Origin: Lytechinus pictus
Taxonomy: Eukaryota
Length of the DNA: 64,000 nt
Direction of reading: 5' to 3'
NCBI RefSeq assembly: GCF_037042905.1
Contig: NC_087249.1
Location: 6,760,001 to 6,824,000, forward strand
Shown: piece after piece, positions 24,857-37,370 of the stretch
Layout: every line of letters begins with the position of its first letter
Numbering within the stretch: position 1 is the stretch's first letter
Notes under the pieces: model-generated
The model's input: the letters and a program-made list of their open reading frames with translations, nothing else
Databases searched by the model: none
Told to the model about the DNA's origin: nothing
Made by a program: the position numbers and the translations under genes

Positions 24857-27022
24857 CAGGGCCCTGGGAACGATTTTTTGGCTGGGGGTGCTGAAGTAGG
24901 CCTAAATTCAGGGGCGGATCCAGCTTTCGCCAATAAGAGGGGGGGGGGGGCGAAAAAAATTCACCCATATTTTCCCCGATCGGCTACTCAAAGATGACCT
25001 CTGTTGTTTCATCGTAAAAGTCAATTTGCTTTATTCTTATAAAATATAGTAACTCATAAGCCATATTTAAATAGTGGGAGTTCAAATTGCTTTATTCTTA
25101 TAAAATATAGTAACTCATAGCAATATTTAAATAGTGCGAGTGCAAAGTGCGAGCTATTTTTTTTTTATTTCATGTATCTTGTCTTGAAAATCGAACATTC
25201 TGGGCAATGTTTGTGATCCTGAACAAAATGCGTATATAACTGATCGAAAAGGAGCTTGTTGAAGACTGTTTGTAGTTAGCCATAAAGCGATACATATTCA
25301 ATAATCAAATAAAGCCAGCGCGAAGCGCGAGCTGACAAATTTTGACATTCCAACCTAAAAATATGGAAATTCTAAGCATATTTTATAATCTTGGGCAGGA
25401 TAGGCATATAACTAAACAATGCGAGCGCGAAGCGTGAGCGGAAAAAAAAATTAAATTTAGACCTAAAAACGGGTCCCTCTATTCATGTTTTGTAAATCAT
25501 GAAAAGAATGGATAATTCGGTATCCTAAATCAATAATGTGAGCGCGAAGAGCGAGCAGAAAATTTTAAAGAACAAGCTGTGTATCTCAATAAATATGCGT
25601 GCGTGTGTTTAAGATTTATGCATAGTCTCTGGGCATTCTAAATATATTTTTTATCATGAAAATCAATAATGTGATCGCGAAGCGCGAGCTGAAAATATTT
25701 GATATTCCTATCTGAAAAAGATTTAATTTTTAGCAATAATTCAAGCACTATGTTGGAAAATTGTGAAGTGGAGATTATGAATCGTTCTTATTAAATGATT
25801 TGAGCGCAAAGCGCAAGCTGATATTTTTATTATTTTTATTTTTATCTGGGACCTGGACATTCTAAGGACATTTGGCCATCATATGAAAATGATGACTTTC
25901 TTTTATTCCTTTTCCTAAGCGCGAGATATTCCATTCTGAAAAAGGATAATTTAATTATTAGGAATTCATGAACATTTTATTTTTGTATTTATTAATCTAA
26001 TAAGCCTTATGACAGCTCGAAATTTGTTGATATTAATTCCTGAAAACTGAACATTTTAAGCACTTTTGTAATTATAAATAGGATGCATGTGTTAATATAT
26101 TTTTAACAAATAGATGAGAGCGCAAATCGCGATGTCATGAAAAGGGGATTTTAGGTAGTTTGTTATAGAATTGCTTATTATTATGAAGGAAATTATTGAG
26201 GTATACATTACTCACCAAGCAAAATGCGAGCGCGCAGCGCTGGCTGATAGGTTTTGACAATCAACCTGAAAAGGGATATTTTGAGAACTTATGGAATACA
26301 CGAAAAGAATAGGTACCTGACAAATCAAATAACGCGAGCGCACAGCGCGAGCTGAAAATTTTGATACTGAGACAATAAAATGGACATTTTACAGAGCACT
26401 TTTTGAAAGTCAATTTATAGATCAAACAAGATAATGAAAGCTCGATGTCGGAGCTGAAATGTGTTTTGTATATTGACTTCGAAACTTGATATTTTAAGCT
26501 CCATATCAGCCTATTGAGGAAAAATCTCATGTAGCCCTATCTCATCAAACATGCAATTCGAACGCGAAGCGCGAGCGAAAACTTTATATAGTGACATGAA
26601 AGGTTTTTTTATTTTATTTTCCAAGTCGTCCCCTCACCTTATTCTATTCACTCTTCTTTATCCTCTTTTTTTCTCCTCTCTTTTCCCTACGCTTTTTTAT
26701 CTAAATGCCTCCCCCTTTTTTTTGCTCCGCCAACAGGGATTCCCGGCCCCCTGGGTAGCCCCCCTAGATCTGAATATGTAAATTTGACAAGCAAAAAAAA
26801 GTTTCACAACAAAATGAATGTCGTTTTGGTGCCAAGAACTTTGGTAAGCCAAAAAAAAGTTTCAGCACAAGATGTTGGTCATTTTCCATTCATTTCTCTT
26901 ATGTGACACACCAACCAGAATTCCAGGGGGTGCTGCCTATGAAAAATAATACACGAAGCACCCCCTGAGAAAATCTTGGGGGTGCTTCAGCACCCCCAGC
27001 ACCCCCGCTTCCCAGGTCTATG
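24857..27022. mobile_element. hAT-like MITE with 8-bp TSD, carrying a further insertion
   Basis: TSD GATGCAAG at 24849-24856 and 27023-27030. Imperfect TIR CAGGGCCCTGGGAA / TTCCCAGGTCTATG. Confidence 0.8.
24909..26778. mobile_element. CAGGGGCGGATCC-type element filled with roughly 100-bp GCGAGCGCGAAGCGCGAGC repeats
   Basis: Starts CAGGGGCGGATCC and ends in a decayed GATCTGAATATG. TAAATT on both flanks (6 bp). Confidence 0.65.
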
Positions 27023-28974
27023 GATGCAAGCACGATTCAAAATCTGTGATTTTCGAACCTAAAATGTATTATGTTTTATTATTAAAGAAGGTATTTCTTT
27101 TTTTAAAAGGGCATATTTCATTTGGAAAAAAAATTCCTACAGGGATTTTTTTTTTTGGGGGGGGGGGGGGCAAGAGAGCACAAAGCGCAAGCTAAAATTT
27201 TCAAATGCTGAAACTGAAAATGAGTCATTTTTAGGACTCTTGTCAGTTTTCATATTTTTTTCTGCTGACAACCACTTTTATCAAACAGTTAATTAATCAT
27301 TAATTATTAATACTTATTGATAATATTGATAATTATTAATTATTAAATTATTTTTTGTTAATTATTATTTCTTGAAACCATATTGACACAAAAACAAATA
27401 CGTTGCTTATTTCCTTGAAATTGTAGAGAAATGAGATTCAATGTTGAACGATATATGATTAAAAAGAAGTAAACATTTTTCCCCCTTTGTTTTGTCAATC
27501 TGACCCAAAACAAATATAAAATTTAGAAGAGAGATAGAGAGAAGAAGAAGTCCCACCACCAAGAATAAACTTAGACAAGGGGGGGGGGGGGAAGGGAAAG
27601 GAAAAGATTGAGTAAATGTGATATTATTTTTTAAACAATCTATTGCAAAATTAGCTTTTCTTATAGAAAGAGGGGGACAAATTTTGTTCACTCGCTCGCT
27701 TCAATCGCTTTCTTCTTTTTTTGACAGAAATTTTGCTCTATATATGCCATGCTTGGCCCCTCAAAGTTTCTGGCTCATCATGCCATTGACATAACCCATT
27801 TGGATATGACAAAATTGGAGACTGTGTTCAAGTTAACCAAATCTTTTCAGAATATCATTAAGACTTAAAACATTCTTGTTGGCCAAAGAAAATAATACAA
27901 GGAAAATCCTAATGGAATAGAAATCAACCTTGTTATCGTTCTTTAGAGTTAGCTATGTTTAAAGTATGAAAATTGTTGTCAAAATTGCAGTCAGATGTAA
28001 AAATTATTCTTGTCATCAAAGCACTATTATCTTGATCATGACCATTATTATTTACTGTCATTATCATCATATGATTACAACACATTACCAATACATAATG
28101 CTATTTTTCATAACTGATGTATTCTTTGTTTGAATTTCTTGATAATGGTGACAATTACAATTGATGACACTGCTAGTACACTTACTACTGCTGCTGCTAC
28201 TGTTACTGGTGATTGGTAGTATTGACCATTAGTGTTATTAAATATATATTAAAAAAAACAATTGAAACATTTATAATTACTTATTTAAAACAAATGAAAG
28301 TACAAAATACAAAATGCCTTGAAAATGCCTTGAAAATGCCTTAAAATTTTAAGGCTCAAAATCCTCAAGGCCAAGGCTTTGAAAAAGTAGCTAGGCATTA
28401 AGGCGCCTTAAGGCCAAGGCCGAGCATCAAGGCACTACAACACTGATTAGTACTAGGCATTAATTAGACAGGTCCAGATTTGAGGTAAAGTTAATGCGCT
28501 AGCCTAAGCTAGGAGCTAGCCCTACCCTAGCACATGTCTTGCCATTAATGGCAGCTAGTTTATTAAGTGTTTAAGAATTTGATATATATATATATATATA
28601 TATATATAGATCTAAGCCTATAAGACCTATGTAACTATGTAAGGGTGCTAATTCATTCTGAGCAACGTGAATGCTTACGATCGGCAGTGGTCGAGACCAA
28701 GTCCACGCGCATGCGTACTCTCAATCCGAAGACGCAAGTCATGAATATTCATATGTTGGTCCAGAACTCGGTGGGAAAAATAATTTCGCAGCCGGGGGAG
28801 GGCAACATGGCAAATGTTTACCTCGTTGGTCTCGGATTGAAAGTAGTGAGCGAAATATGACTTTTATGTATCTGCTAAAATGCCTTGTATAGGTAATAAT
28901 GTTGAATATCTAATACTAGTACCATGTTTGGCACCTTTTATATTTTGATATTTCATGCTGAAATTATTTTGTTG

Positions 28975-29221
28975 TGATACAATTTGGTAGTAGCATGCTA
29001 GGTGCATTTTGGTTGTACTAGTAGTAGGCCGCTTGGTATATTTTAGTAGTGACATGCTTGGTACAATTTGGTAGTGGCATGCTTGGTACATTTTGGTAGT
29101 AGCATGCATGGTACAATTGGAAGTGGCATGCTTGGTACATTTTGGTAGCAGCATGCGTGGTACAATTTGGTAGTGGCATGCTTGGTACATTTTGGTAGTA
29201 GCGTGCATGGTACAATTTGGT
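28975..29221. repeat. 25-bp minisatellite with alternating variants
   Basis: TGGTACAATTTGGTAGTGGCATGCT alternates with TGGTACATTTTGGTAGTAGCATGCA, about 10 units. Confidence 0.9.
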
Positions 29222-29917
29222 TCTGTGAAGTTTATAAACTGGTTAGTCATAGTTACATGTTTATAGTTGATGGAAGTTACAATGTGTCTTTATATGCATA
29301 AAGTCACCTGCAAGAAACAGTATTTGGAAAAGGTCGACTGATGTTTTAATTGGTTGATCGATCACTTTTGCTCTTTAGCTCTTGCAGCAGAATAACATTC
29401 TAGCTGTACAGATGTGGTACAGGTAGTTGGGTAGTCTGACCAATATTTCTTGTATGACTGGAGTTCCAACGGACAACAAATTTATTCAAGCAGCAGCTGT
29501 TAATTTCTAAAGAACAGTACGGTAGTAAGCATGGGCGGAAATCTCTCCTTGAAGGTAGGGGGGGGCACAATGAGTTTTTCGTTTATATATATATATATAT
29601 ATACACACACATTTCGAAGAGGGGGTGGTATTCCAAACTAAAGATGAAAGGCCTTAATAAATAATGCGAGCGCGAATCGCGAGCCCAAATATGTTGATAT
29701 TTCATAAATTGTGACCTGGAAATTGAACATTCTGAACATTTTTTGTGATCATGAACTTGATTCGAACCTACCTAAACCATTAATGCGAGCGCGAAGCGCG
29801 AGCTGAAAGTTTTTGATTTTCAAACCTAAAAACTAGACATTCGTAAAACGTTTTCAAATCATGAACAGGACAGGAATTACCTAAAAACTGGACATTCGTA
29901 ACACTTTTTCAAATAAG

Positions 29918-30145
29918 TAATAATAATAATAACGTTTTATTTACACAGGGTAGCCCATTTCAGTTAGAAAACTGCTCTTCCAGCTGGCCCTGCATAGCAC
30001 AATATTTTATTATTACCCTTCTCCAATCTAAATGCTGAGCGCCCAGCAAGAAGGCAGAAAGTTCCATTTTTATAACATAAGTCTTTGGTATGACTCGGCC
30101 AGGGATCGAACCCACGACCTCCCGTTCATGAGGCGGACGCTCTAC
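29918..30145 (-). mobile_element. tRNA-derived SINE, 5' end clipped
   Basis: Minus strand reads GTAGAGCGTCCGCCTCATGAACGGGAGGTCGTGGGTTCGATCCCTGGCCG (B box GGTTCGATCCC), with a (TTA)n tail. Confidence 0.8.
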
Positions 30146-30179
30146 ATATGGAAGCAGGAGACCGTCAAAAACACGGATA

Positions 30180-30530
30180 TACGTCGTGTCGTAATTCAAT
30201 TTACTACACGACGTAAATAATTACGTAGTGTAGTAATTCGAATTACTACACGACGTAAATAATTACGTAGTGTAGTAATTCGAGTTACGACACGACGCAA
30301 TTATAAATTACTGCCCAACGATTTAATGTCATGACGTTAAATGAATTAGTGTCGCTACATCAAATAATTAAGGTCGTGTAGTAATTCGAATTACTACACG
30401 ACGTAAATAATTACGTAGTGTAGTAATTCCAATTACTACACTACCTAAAGAATTACGTCGTGTAGTAAATAATTACTACACGACGTAATTCCGAATTACT
30501 GCTCAACGATTTAATGTCATGACGTTAAAT
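30180..30530. repeat. Array of alternately inverted roughly 21-bp monomers (42-bp palindromic unit)
   Basis: Unit AATTACTACACGACGTAAATAATTACGTAGTGTAGTAATTCG. Two blocks, each ending in ATTTAATGTCATGACGTTAAAT. Confidence 0.9.
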
Positions 30531-33269
30531 CAACCAATGGGATCGTTCGTTATAAACCTATAAAGCAATGCCAGCGCGGGGGAACTTGAATGCCGGCCGA
30601 TCGCGCTGGAGTTATCGACCAATAGCGCCCGACCAATAAGGATTTTGAAGATAGTGAACTATAAATCAATAGATTGTGTGTACCGTGTCTACAAAAGCAC
30701 GAATTGAAATTGAAAGTAAGTTAAAAGATATCGGTATCAAGAGTAAACGATTATCTATTGAAGTTGGAACGAAAAAACTTATAAACATCGATTAGCATTG
30801 GTAATGACTAATAATTATGTATTGGAAGATGTCTGACATTGTGTTTTATTGCAACACTTAAGGGGAAGAAAATGATGTTTAATTTATGAGTTGTCAAGGT
30901 ATGCATCAATTTGTAAAGACATCCAACTTCTATTTGTTATATGTATTTTATTTTGTATATGAATTGAAGTTGTAAAAAAAAAACTACTGAATACAACAAA
31001 AAAATAATAATGATAAGAATAAAAAAACTCATACTGATTGGTGGTTGCGGGAGCCGGATGAGGGGCGCGTATGGATGACAACAAAACAAAGACGGTGATT
31101 TTTCGGGTCTTTAAAAAAAAAATTATGCCCACAATTCAAAACCAGGATAAAAACACACAGACCATGACCCATATGAGTAGTTATTGGTGTATGTGTTTGG
31201 GAGGGAGGGAAGGAGTGACGGACACAACTTTTGTTCTCTTCAGTGAGGATTTCTATTAATTTTTTTTTGCTTTTTTTTTGTTGGGGGAGGCTAGTTGTTT
31301 TTTGCAGGCGTAACCGTTAGTCCAAAATAATTATGGGCCACGGGGGGGGGGGGGGGGTGGCAAACATGGCGTAAAAGACAAAATCTGTTAAAAATGTGAA
31401 AGATTTTTTTAATTTCCAACCTAAAAACTGGACATTCATAGCACCTTAAAAAGAATATGAACAGGATAGGAATTTAATCAATTAATGCGAGCGCGAAGTT
31501 AATCAATTAATGCGAGCGCGAAGCCCGAGCTGAAAGTTTTTGATTTTCTAACCTAAATACTAGACATGCATTCTTAGTACTTATAAAAAAAATATGAACA
31601 GGATAATAATCTAAACAATTAATGCGAGCGCGAAGCAAGAGGTGATTTTGTTTGATTTTCCAACCTAAATACTGGATATTCTTATTACTTTTTCTTAAAA
31701 AATATGAACAGAATAGGAATCTAAACAATTAATGCGGGCTCGAAGTGCGAGCTGAAAGTTTGTAGTTTCCAACCTAAAAACTGGACAGTCGTAACACTTT
31801 TTCAAATCATGAACAGGATAGTAATTCTACTAAACAATATTAAATTCGAGCGCGAAGTGTGTGCTGAAGATATGTCATTTCCGGCCTAAAAATTGGTATT
31901 ATTAGCATATTTTAAAATCAAGGACAGGGTAACTATCTAACTAAATTTTAATTAATGTGAGCGCGAAGCGTATCCTAATTTTTTTTTATTTTCCGATCAA
32001 AAAAGTCATCTTCTTTTCACCTTATAGCAATAAACAGGATAGTATCTGACTCAACCATATTACTGATGCGAGCGCGAAATTATTATTTTTTATATTCAGA
32101 TCTGAAAACTGGATCTTTCAAGCACTTTTGAAATAAAAAACAAGCAGTTTATCTCAATAATCTCAATGCGAGCGCAAAGCGCGAGCTAATTTTTTTAGAT
32201 TTAAACCGAGAAATTATGAAAAAGATGGATATTTTCCTAAATAAATGATTTGATTTTATATATTTCGATCTAAAATGTGAAAAAATTTAAGCACGTTTTG
32301 AAATAAAGAGATGGCTGTGTATTAATGCAAAGCGCGAGCGAATTTTTTTATTTTTATACTATGACCTGAAAGTTTTCTTTTTTCCAATTATTCCCCTCCC
32401 CTTCCATCATTTAAGTTTCTTCCTCGTCCTATCTTTCTTCTTATTTTTCTCCACACCTTCCTATTTTGCGCCGCCAATAGGGGGCGGGCCACCGCTTCGC
32501 CCCCTTGATCTACCTATGATGACCCCTCCCACGGCAGGAATTTTGTGTAAAAATGGAATATAAAAGTCTCGTTAACATAGTATTTATTTATTTTTTTTTT
32601 TTAAATATTCTTTTTACTGAGTACGCGAACAATGAAAATATTCTTATATTCCAAGTAAATTTGGAATAAAGGGAAAATGAATTGGTTTAACAAAGGTATG
32701 TTTTTACTGGGTATGGAACATTCTCGTCTACCATCTATGCACTAAATTTACTTATAAGTATCCAGAGGCGATTTTCTTTTTTCGTCATTTTTATTAATTA
32801 TGAAATTGAAAATGGCCATCGATGTCATCAATGTCATCACTCTTTGGCTGGCATATAGGGCTAGATGCGAGTTCGAGAATAGTCGGGCCGGTATGCCTTT
32901 TCTTTTCCTATCCAAGTTCTTAACAAAAACTATATATTATATATATTTCGAAATTCGAGGATACATATGTATAATTTCAATTTTGAATTTTGCATTTTTT
33001 TCCATAATAAAAGACCACAAATAGTAGGGGGGGGGACATTTGATATTATGTCCCCCCCCTTTCCAAAATGGTAGGGGGGACGCGTCCCCCCTGGGATTTC
33101 CGCCCATGACAGTAAGTTACCTTTTGATGTCCGCCATTCGAAGCCGCAAGTTTCATGGGGAATTCCGAGAAGCGATTTTTGCAATTATTCATTTGTATTA
33201 GTATTCAATCTTGTATAGCAATAAACAAACAGGAAGTTGATCGCATGACAAAATATCAACACCTATTGA

Positions 33270-34024
33270 CCCTAACTAGGCCGGGCTTTTTTGGCTGTTC
33301 TGTGGCCGGGGGGGGGGGGTTGATTTAACCCCCCTGAGATCTCGGCCGCCGATCGCGCGAGCACCGCAAAAATTTGCACGCTGGTAGTGTGCGATGTAAT
33401 CTACAAGGCTGTATGGTAAAATTTTCCAAAATAATGAGATTTTATTTTATTGAATTAATTATGCTAATTTATGCATAAATCATACCTTTTGCTCTAATTC
33501 ACAAAATAAAGCTCCTAGAATGCTAATTTTTGGTAAAAATATTCTTTGTAGCATTCTTAACAATCACAATTGAAAAAAACTTCGGTTTGGAAATCAATTT
33601 CTTATGTATTTTATTGCTTTATGAATTTGTTATGTATTTCTCTGTTTTTCTTTGTTTTTTTCACCAGATTTATTGCACAACCTTTTTGAAGCATAATTAT
33701 GCTAAAATCAATTGATTTCAGCTGTTTAAAGTAAAAATAATCATATCTTTATGAATAAGATGAGAAAACTCAATTTGCATTGACTTTGTACACAAAATCA
33801 CGTTTTGGAACAATTTTTGGTCTGACATGCACTTACAAAATGTTGCGTAATTTTTGAACCGCGTACCCGGGCGTCGTAAATTTGGTCTCAAAAGATGCGC
33901 GAGTCTTAAAAGTATAAACGTATAAACTCTGCGAGTGGCGCGGTCAAAAAAATTTCGCGCGGCGGAATGATCGCAGAAAATGTTGAGGGGGGGGGGTTAA
34001 TTCAACCCCCCGGCCTGTTTACGG
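33270..34024. mobile_element. piggyBac-like MITE
   Basis: TTGA|CCCTAACTAGGCCGGG ... CCCGGCCTGTTTACGG|TTAA, plus internal GGGGTTGATTTAACCCC motifs at both ends. Confidence 0.75.
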
Positions 34025-34945
34025 TTAAGCAATATTCTGCCTCGATACTTTGGGCAAATTGTATCAGGTAACCTTTATTTAGTATTAAATAACTAAGAAT
34101 TTGACCTATATTGAAACCAGATTTTGATAGTTTTCCGATCGTTCGCGGTGAATGAAAATTTAAAATGCGGTCGCAAGAATATTAATATTGTATATGTCTG
34201 ATCAGTGCCCGTTCATGCCCAGTCCAGTAAATATATAGTCAATATTTCAGGACATGTTGCATTTTTTAGCACGCCTCCGAAAAAGATGTAGCGAAAAAAC
34301 AATTATCATCACAATAGCATATTTCCCTTTATACAAACTGTGACCTATAGGTAGGGAGTCATGCGGGAATGTTTTGTCTATTTTTGCAAGGGAATTTGAG
34401 CAAAGTGCTTGCCTGACATACTTTCTGCTGGTGGCTTCGAACATTGTTGAAAGGGATTTTTCTTGCTGTTACTCCATCTCATTTGAACCTTCTTGCTTTG
34501 ACAAACTGACTCTAATGCAGCCGAATTCCTGTCTAGCCTTTTCCAGAATTGTTTCAGTGATATTTAGAAATAATATTTTGTTTAATTTGTCTGACTTGGT
34601 GCACAATGTTGAAGATGGAACATTTGTTTTTATTATTCATGAAAAGCCCCAGTTCAAGATTTTTTTTTTTGCGAAGGAGGCTGGGGGCTCGGTCACATAG
34701 AATATGTCACCAGTGCATCAGTCAATTGGAGGCATTCCAATATATATATATATATTCATTTTATTTTATGCATTCCTATATTTATTCAGACATTAGATTA
34801 GTTTAATTCAGTTTGACTATTTGTTAGAAGTAGAACATGTTTCGTTTATTAGGATTATCAGACAGGAATTGGATTAAATCATACAGACGATTTTCAGTGC
34901 AATTTTTAGAATCGGTTGGTTTATCGAATTATAATAGTTTTGGAT

Positions 34946-36129
34946 TTAGATAAGATAAGATTTATTAGATAAGATTTATTGACTCTATCGACCCCCTCTC
35001 AGGGTATGAGAGTACAAACATAGAAACACATTTACAAAAGATATACAAACATAATAAATGTGAACATAATAGTATATACAAATATTCAGCCTATATTGAA
35101 TACAGAGTAAATACAACATGTAATGTACATGAATGATATAACACAGAGCATAAGAGTTTAATTTGGATTGTATAGATAAAATAAACAAAAACTAGTATCA
35201 TACTTGAGCTACATTTTTTTGTGTGTATATTTTTATTTTATTTTTTTTTCTTTGATTTTGTTTTTGTTTGTATTTTAAAACGTTTACAAGACTAGCATGT
35301 CTGGCCGTTTGATTATCCTACCGCTACGGGTACGTACAATTATATTAGTATTACTTTTGTTATTAGGCACATCGTCCTCAATATTTGACTTGGGAGACTG
35401 GTTGAATTGCAACATGATAGTTCTGGCAAATTTTGCTATTTTTTTAAGCTGGCAAGTATCAGCAGAATTAAATAACTTAGATCTTTTAAGTCCACTTGAC
35501 CTGATGTTATTGATATGTCTTGGTATATACAAGTTTCTCTCCTTCTGGAAGAAAGGACATTCAAAAAGGTAATGAAATTCATCACCTGAGTTTGAGGATA
35601 AACAAAGTGGACAATTTGTATCTTTCAATAAACTTAAATCATACCTACTATTATTTACAGGTAGTGAATGTGACCGACAACGAAATTTGCTCAGAGTAAC
35701 AATATCTTTCTGGCTTAGTACTAAAAAGTATGTTTCCATATGAGGATCATTTATAAACATCCTATAATTCGTACAAATACGGTTAGACCAGGTTGATGAT
35801 TTCCAATCTTGTTGACACATATCAGAAAGACGTGTTTTCAGAACATTGAGAATCCATTGACTGCTATGTCCATTACCCTGATGCAACCTGCATTTTGAAA
35901 AATATCTTTGATACATTTTAGCCAGAGTGATGTGAAGGATGATTCATTGACAGTGTGCATATGATTAAGCAGGTTATAGAAAATATTTGAATACTTCTGT
36001 TGTTTTCCCTTAATTATTCTTAACCAATATCCAACCATTCTACATTTAACTTGGTTCAATATCGGTCCACGTCCTGTTTCACCGTACACCATGCAGTCTG
36101 GTGTACATCTATTTACATTTAGAAGATAG
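34946..36129 (-). mobile_element. 5'-truncated, frameshifted LINE (ORF2 C-terminal zinc-motif region)
   Basis: ORFs 35838-36092 (VYGETGR) and 35284-35916 (KFRCRSHSLPV..CPLC..GDEFHYLFECP) join across a frameshift. 3' UTR ends in AATAAA and (TCTTA)n. Confidence 0.82.
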
Positions 36130-36755
36130 TGAACTTCTAATTGAAATGCCTAAAATACTTGTAAATAGGACAAAAGCATGCAGCCACCATTTTATAGTAC
36201 AATCAGGTAAAAATCTAATTAAATCTAATTACTCCTTTGTGTAGATGTTGTTTTAAAGGGATACTCCAGGCTGACAAAATATTTATATATAAATAGGGCA
36301 AATGTGACTGCGGCATTTTTTAGGTTTACTAGATTAAATATTTACATGTACATGACAGTTAAGTAACAATACATTATTCTAGGTTGAGCACGATCTGCAT
36401 ATTTTATCAAATTGTGTACACAATGAAATGATCTATACATGGCTTACTTGAATTCTAGGCCTTAAAGTCTTGCTGTTATTGTTGATCGAGGTATGGTTAA
36501 TAAAGTTATTTGTTCACTCGAACTATTTAGACTGGTAGATTCATTCTTTTTCACCGTCTGAACACACAGTAGTTACAATGGTAGTGGATGAAATTGATAG
36601 TTTACATTTTGATTAGATAGCAGTTTTGATGATTCAGAACACGGAATCATCGTCTGTATAAGGCACTTAACCATCAAGGCCTGGTCCCACAGCACTTACG
36701 GATGCAATCTTGCCATCCGTTGCAAAACGCAATCCATCCGTTGTGTATATAATCA

Positions 36756-37028
36756 CAGGGGCGGATCCAGCTTTTTATAAAGGGGGGGGGGTTAGGGTGG
36801 TATGCGAGGGAGCGTAGCGACCGAGTCCAAGCGAGCGGAGCGAGCGAGGGGGGAGGGTGTGGAAGGGGGTGTCCCCCCTCCCACAGTAGGGAAAATTTTT
36901 GAAAATCTGTGTGTGAAAATGGCGTTTTCTTGCATAAAAAAAAGATAAGATTTAAAAAAATGGTCCCCGGATTTTTTTTTGGGGGGGGTTGCAACCCCCC
37001 CCCAACCCCCCCTCTAGATCCGCTTCTG
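36756..37028. mobile_element. CAGGGGCGGATCC-type MITE inserted into a tandem-repeat element
   Basis: CAGGGGCGGATCC / GATCCGCTTCTG ends; flanks AATCA / ACTCA. Confidence 0.65.
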
Positions 37029-37370
37029 ACTCATTGAACCGCGTTTCATACGCTCTATCCATCGAGCATCCGTTCAATTGTGATTTCATCCGCGCATACA
37101 GTTTTTATAGCTACACCAGGATGTAAAACGTAAAAAAAATTGCCATCCATTGGAAAACGTTATGAATCCGTTGTATACTCATTGAACACGCGTTTCATAC
37201 GCTCTATCCATCGAGCATCCGTTCAATTGTAATTTCATCCGCGCATACAGTTTTTATAGCTACACCAGGATGTAAAACGTAACAAAATTTGCCATCCATT
37301 GGAAAACTTTATGAATACGTTGTGTACTAATTGAATACGTGTTTCATACGCTCTATCCATCGAGTATCCG
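37029..37370. repeat. About 149-bp tandem repeat (just over two units), probably the interior of an element starting near 36678
   Basis: ACTCATTGAAC..GTTTCATACGCTCTATCCATCGAG recurs at about 37029, 37177 and 37326. Confidence 0.85.

Larger units (their letters stand above)
23671..28445. mobile_element. hAT-like non-autonomous transposon splitting the right foldback arm
   Basis: Perfect 12-bp TIR CAGTGTTGTAGT / ACTACAACACTG, with CAAGGC subterminal repeats at both ends. Only ATT is repeated at the flanks. Confidence 0.8.
22335..28789. mobile_element. Mutator-like foldback element with about 760-bp arms and 9-bp TSD
   Basis: Perfect direct repeat AGCCGGGGG at 22326-22334 and 28790-28798. Termini GCGAAATTATTTTTCCCACCGAG / CTCGGTGGGAAAAATAATTTCGC. 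Left arm 22335-23092 pairs with 23249-23670 plus 28446-28789. Confidence 0.88.
29530..33108. mobile_element. hAT-like composite non-autonomous element
   Basis: Perfect 14-bp TIR CATGGGCGGAAATC / GATTTCCGCCCATG. Flanks GTAGTAAG / ACAGTAAG match 6/8. Contains a SINE, a palindromic array and satellite-bearing inserts. Confidence 0.72.

Noticed and set aside
34247..34740. Possible decayed transposase on the minus strand (HILCDRAPSLL, vaguely RAG1/Transib-like)
   Set aside because: Multiple stops, no catalytic motif and too short to support. A tBLASTx or HMM search would be needed.
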